DNA of 64,000 nucleotides from Alphaproteobacteria bacterium. Its GTDB lineage: Bacteria; Pseudomonadota; Alphaproteobacteria; SP197. The stretch covers positions 1,694,385 to 1,758,384 of the forward strand of contig OZ243917.1 in NCBI GenBank assembly GCA_965213815.1, given 5' to 3'. Below, piece after piece: positions 63,809 to 64,000 of this stretch (the first letter of the stretch is position 1; each line of letters starts with the position of its first letter). The position numbers were made by a program, and so were the translations under genes. A model generated the notes under the pieces. That model saw only the letters and a list, made by a program, of their open reading frames with translations, did no database searches and was not told the origin of the DNA.

Positions 63809-64000
63809 GGCCTGCCCCTGTTGCGGCCCATGTCATGGCCCTGTCGCCCGGAGCATGAGCCGGGATTGGAGATGAGGCCAGGACGGGTGTGCTTTCAGCC
63901 CTCAGTGGCCAAGCGTAGCAACACCGGTACTGCTCATCAGCAGAAGACCCGCTCCAATCAAGTGCCCGGCCTTCTGCCCGTTCACCGTCGCCTCCCCCGC

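Overview
GC-rich alphaproteobacterial chromosome segment. The taxon call rests on the permuted two-piece tmRNA, the alpha-type SspB and the hflKC-DUF2065-degP-miaA-ilvIHC gene order. 1-10 kb: a lower-GC surface-glycan modification patch (two FkbM methyltransferases, one with an in-frame TGA; a SAM methyltransferase; a sulfotransferase; GT25; GT2). It is interleaved with an IS1380 remnant, a decayed RIT-type tyrosine recombinase and an intact-looking IS with TIRs and a 5-bp target duplication. 10-33 kb: a defence/TA island. It holds an unnamed four-gene operon (hypothetical, degenerate BrxD/DUF2791-like ATPase, intact BrxD/DUF2791-like ATPase, SNF2 helicase), which is the best candidate for an undescribed system. 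It also holds two convergent IS21 halves fused at a 26-bp perfect palindrome, a VbhA/Fic pair, a type II CBASS with a divergently transcribed Cap15-like effector, two AbiE pairs with broken toxins, an ABC-ATPase plus TOPRIM-like pair, a DUF4143 ATPase, and a diverged decayed copy of the uvrD 3' end plus prmA. 33-64 kb: core genes (prmA, uvrD, AsmA-like, Fe3+ ABC components with a Fur-like box, fumC, sspB, ssrA, thyX, mrp, hflKC, degP, miaA, ilvIHC, mreBCD, mrdA, rodA), with a small HipBA/TA remnant cassette between ssrA and thyX. No CRISPR array, rRNA or tRNA was seen. All family assignments come from motif recognition by eye; no database searches were run.
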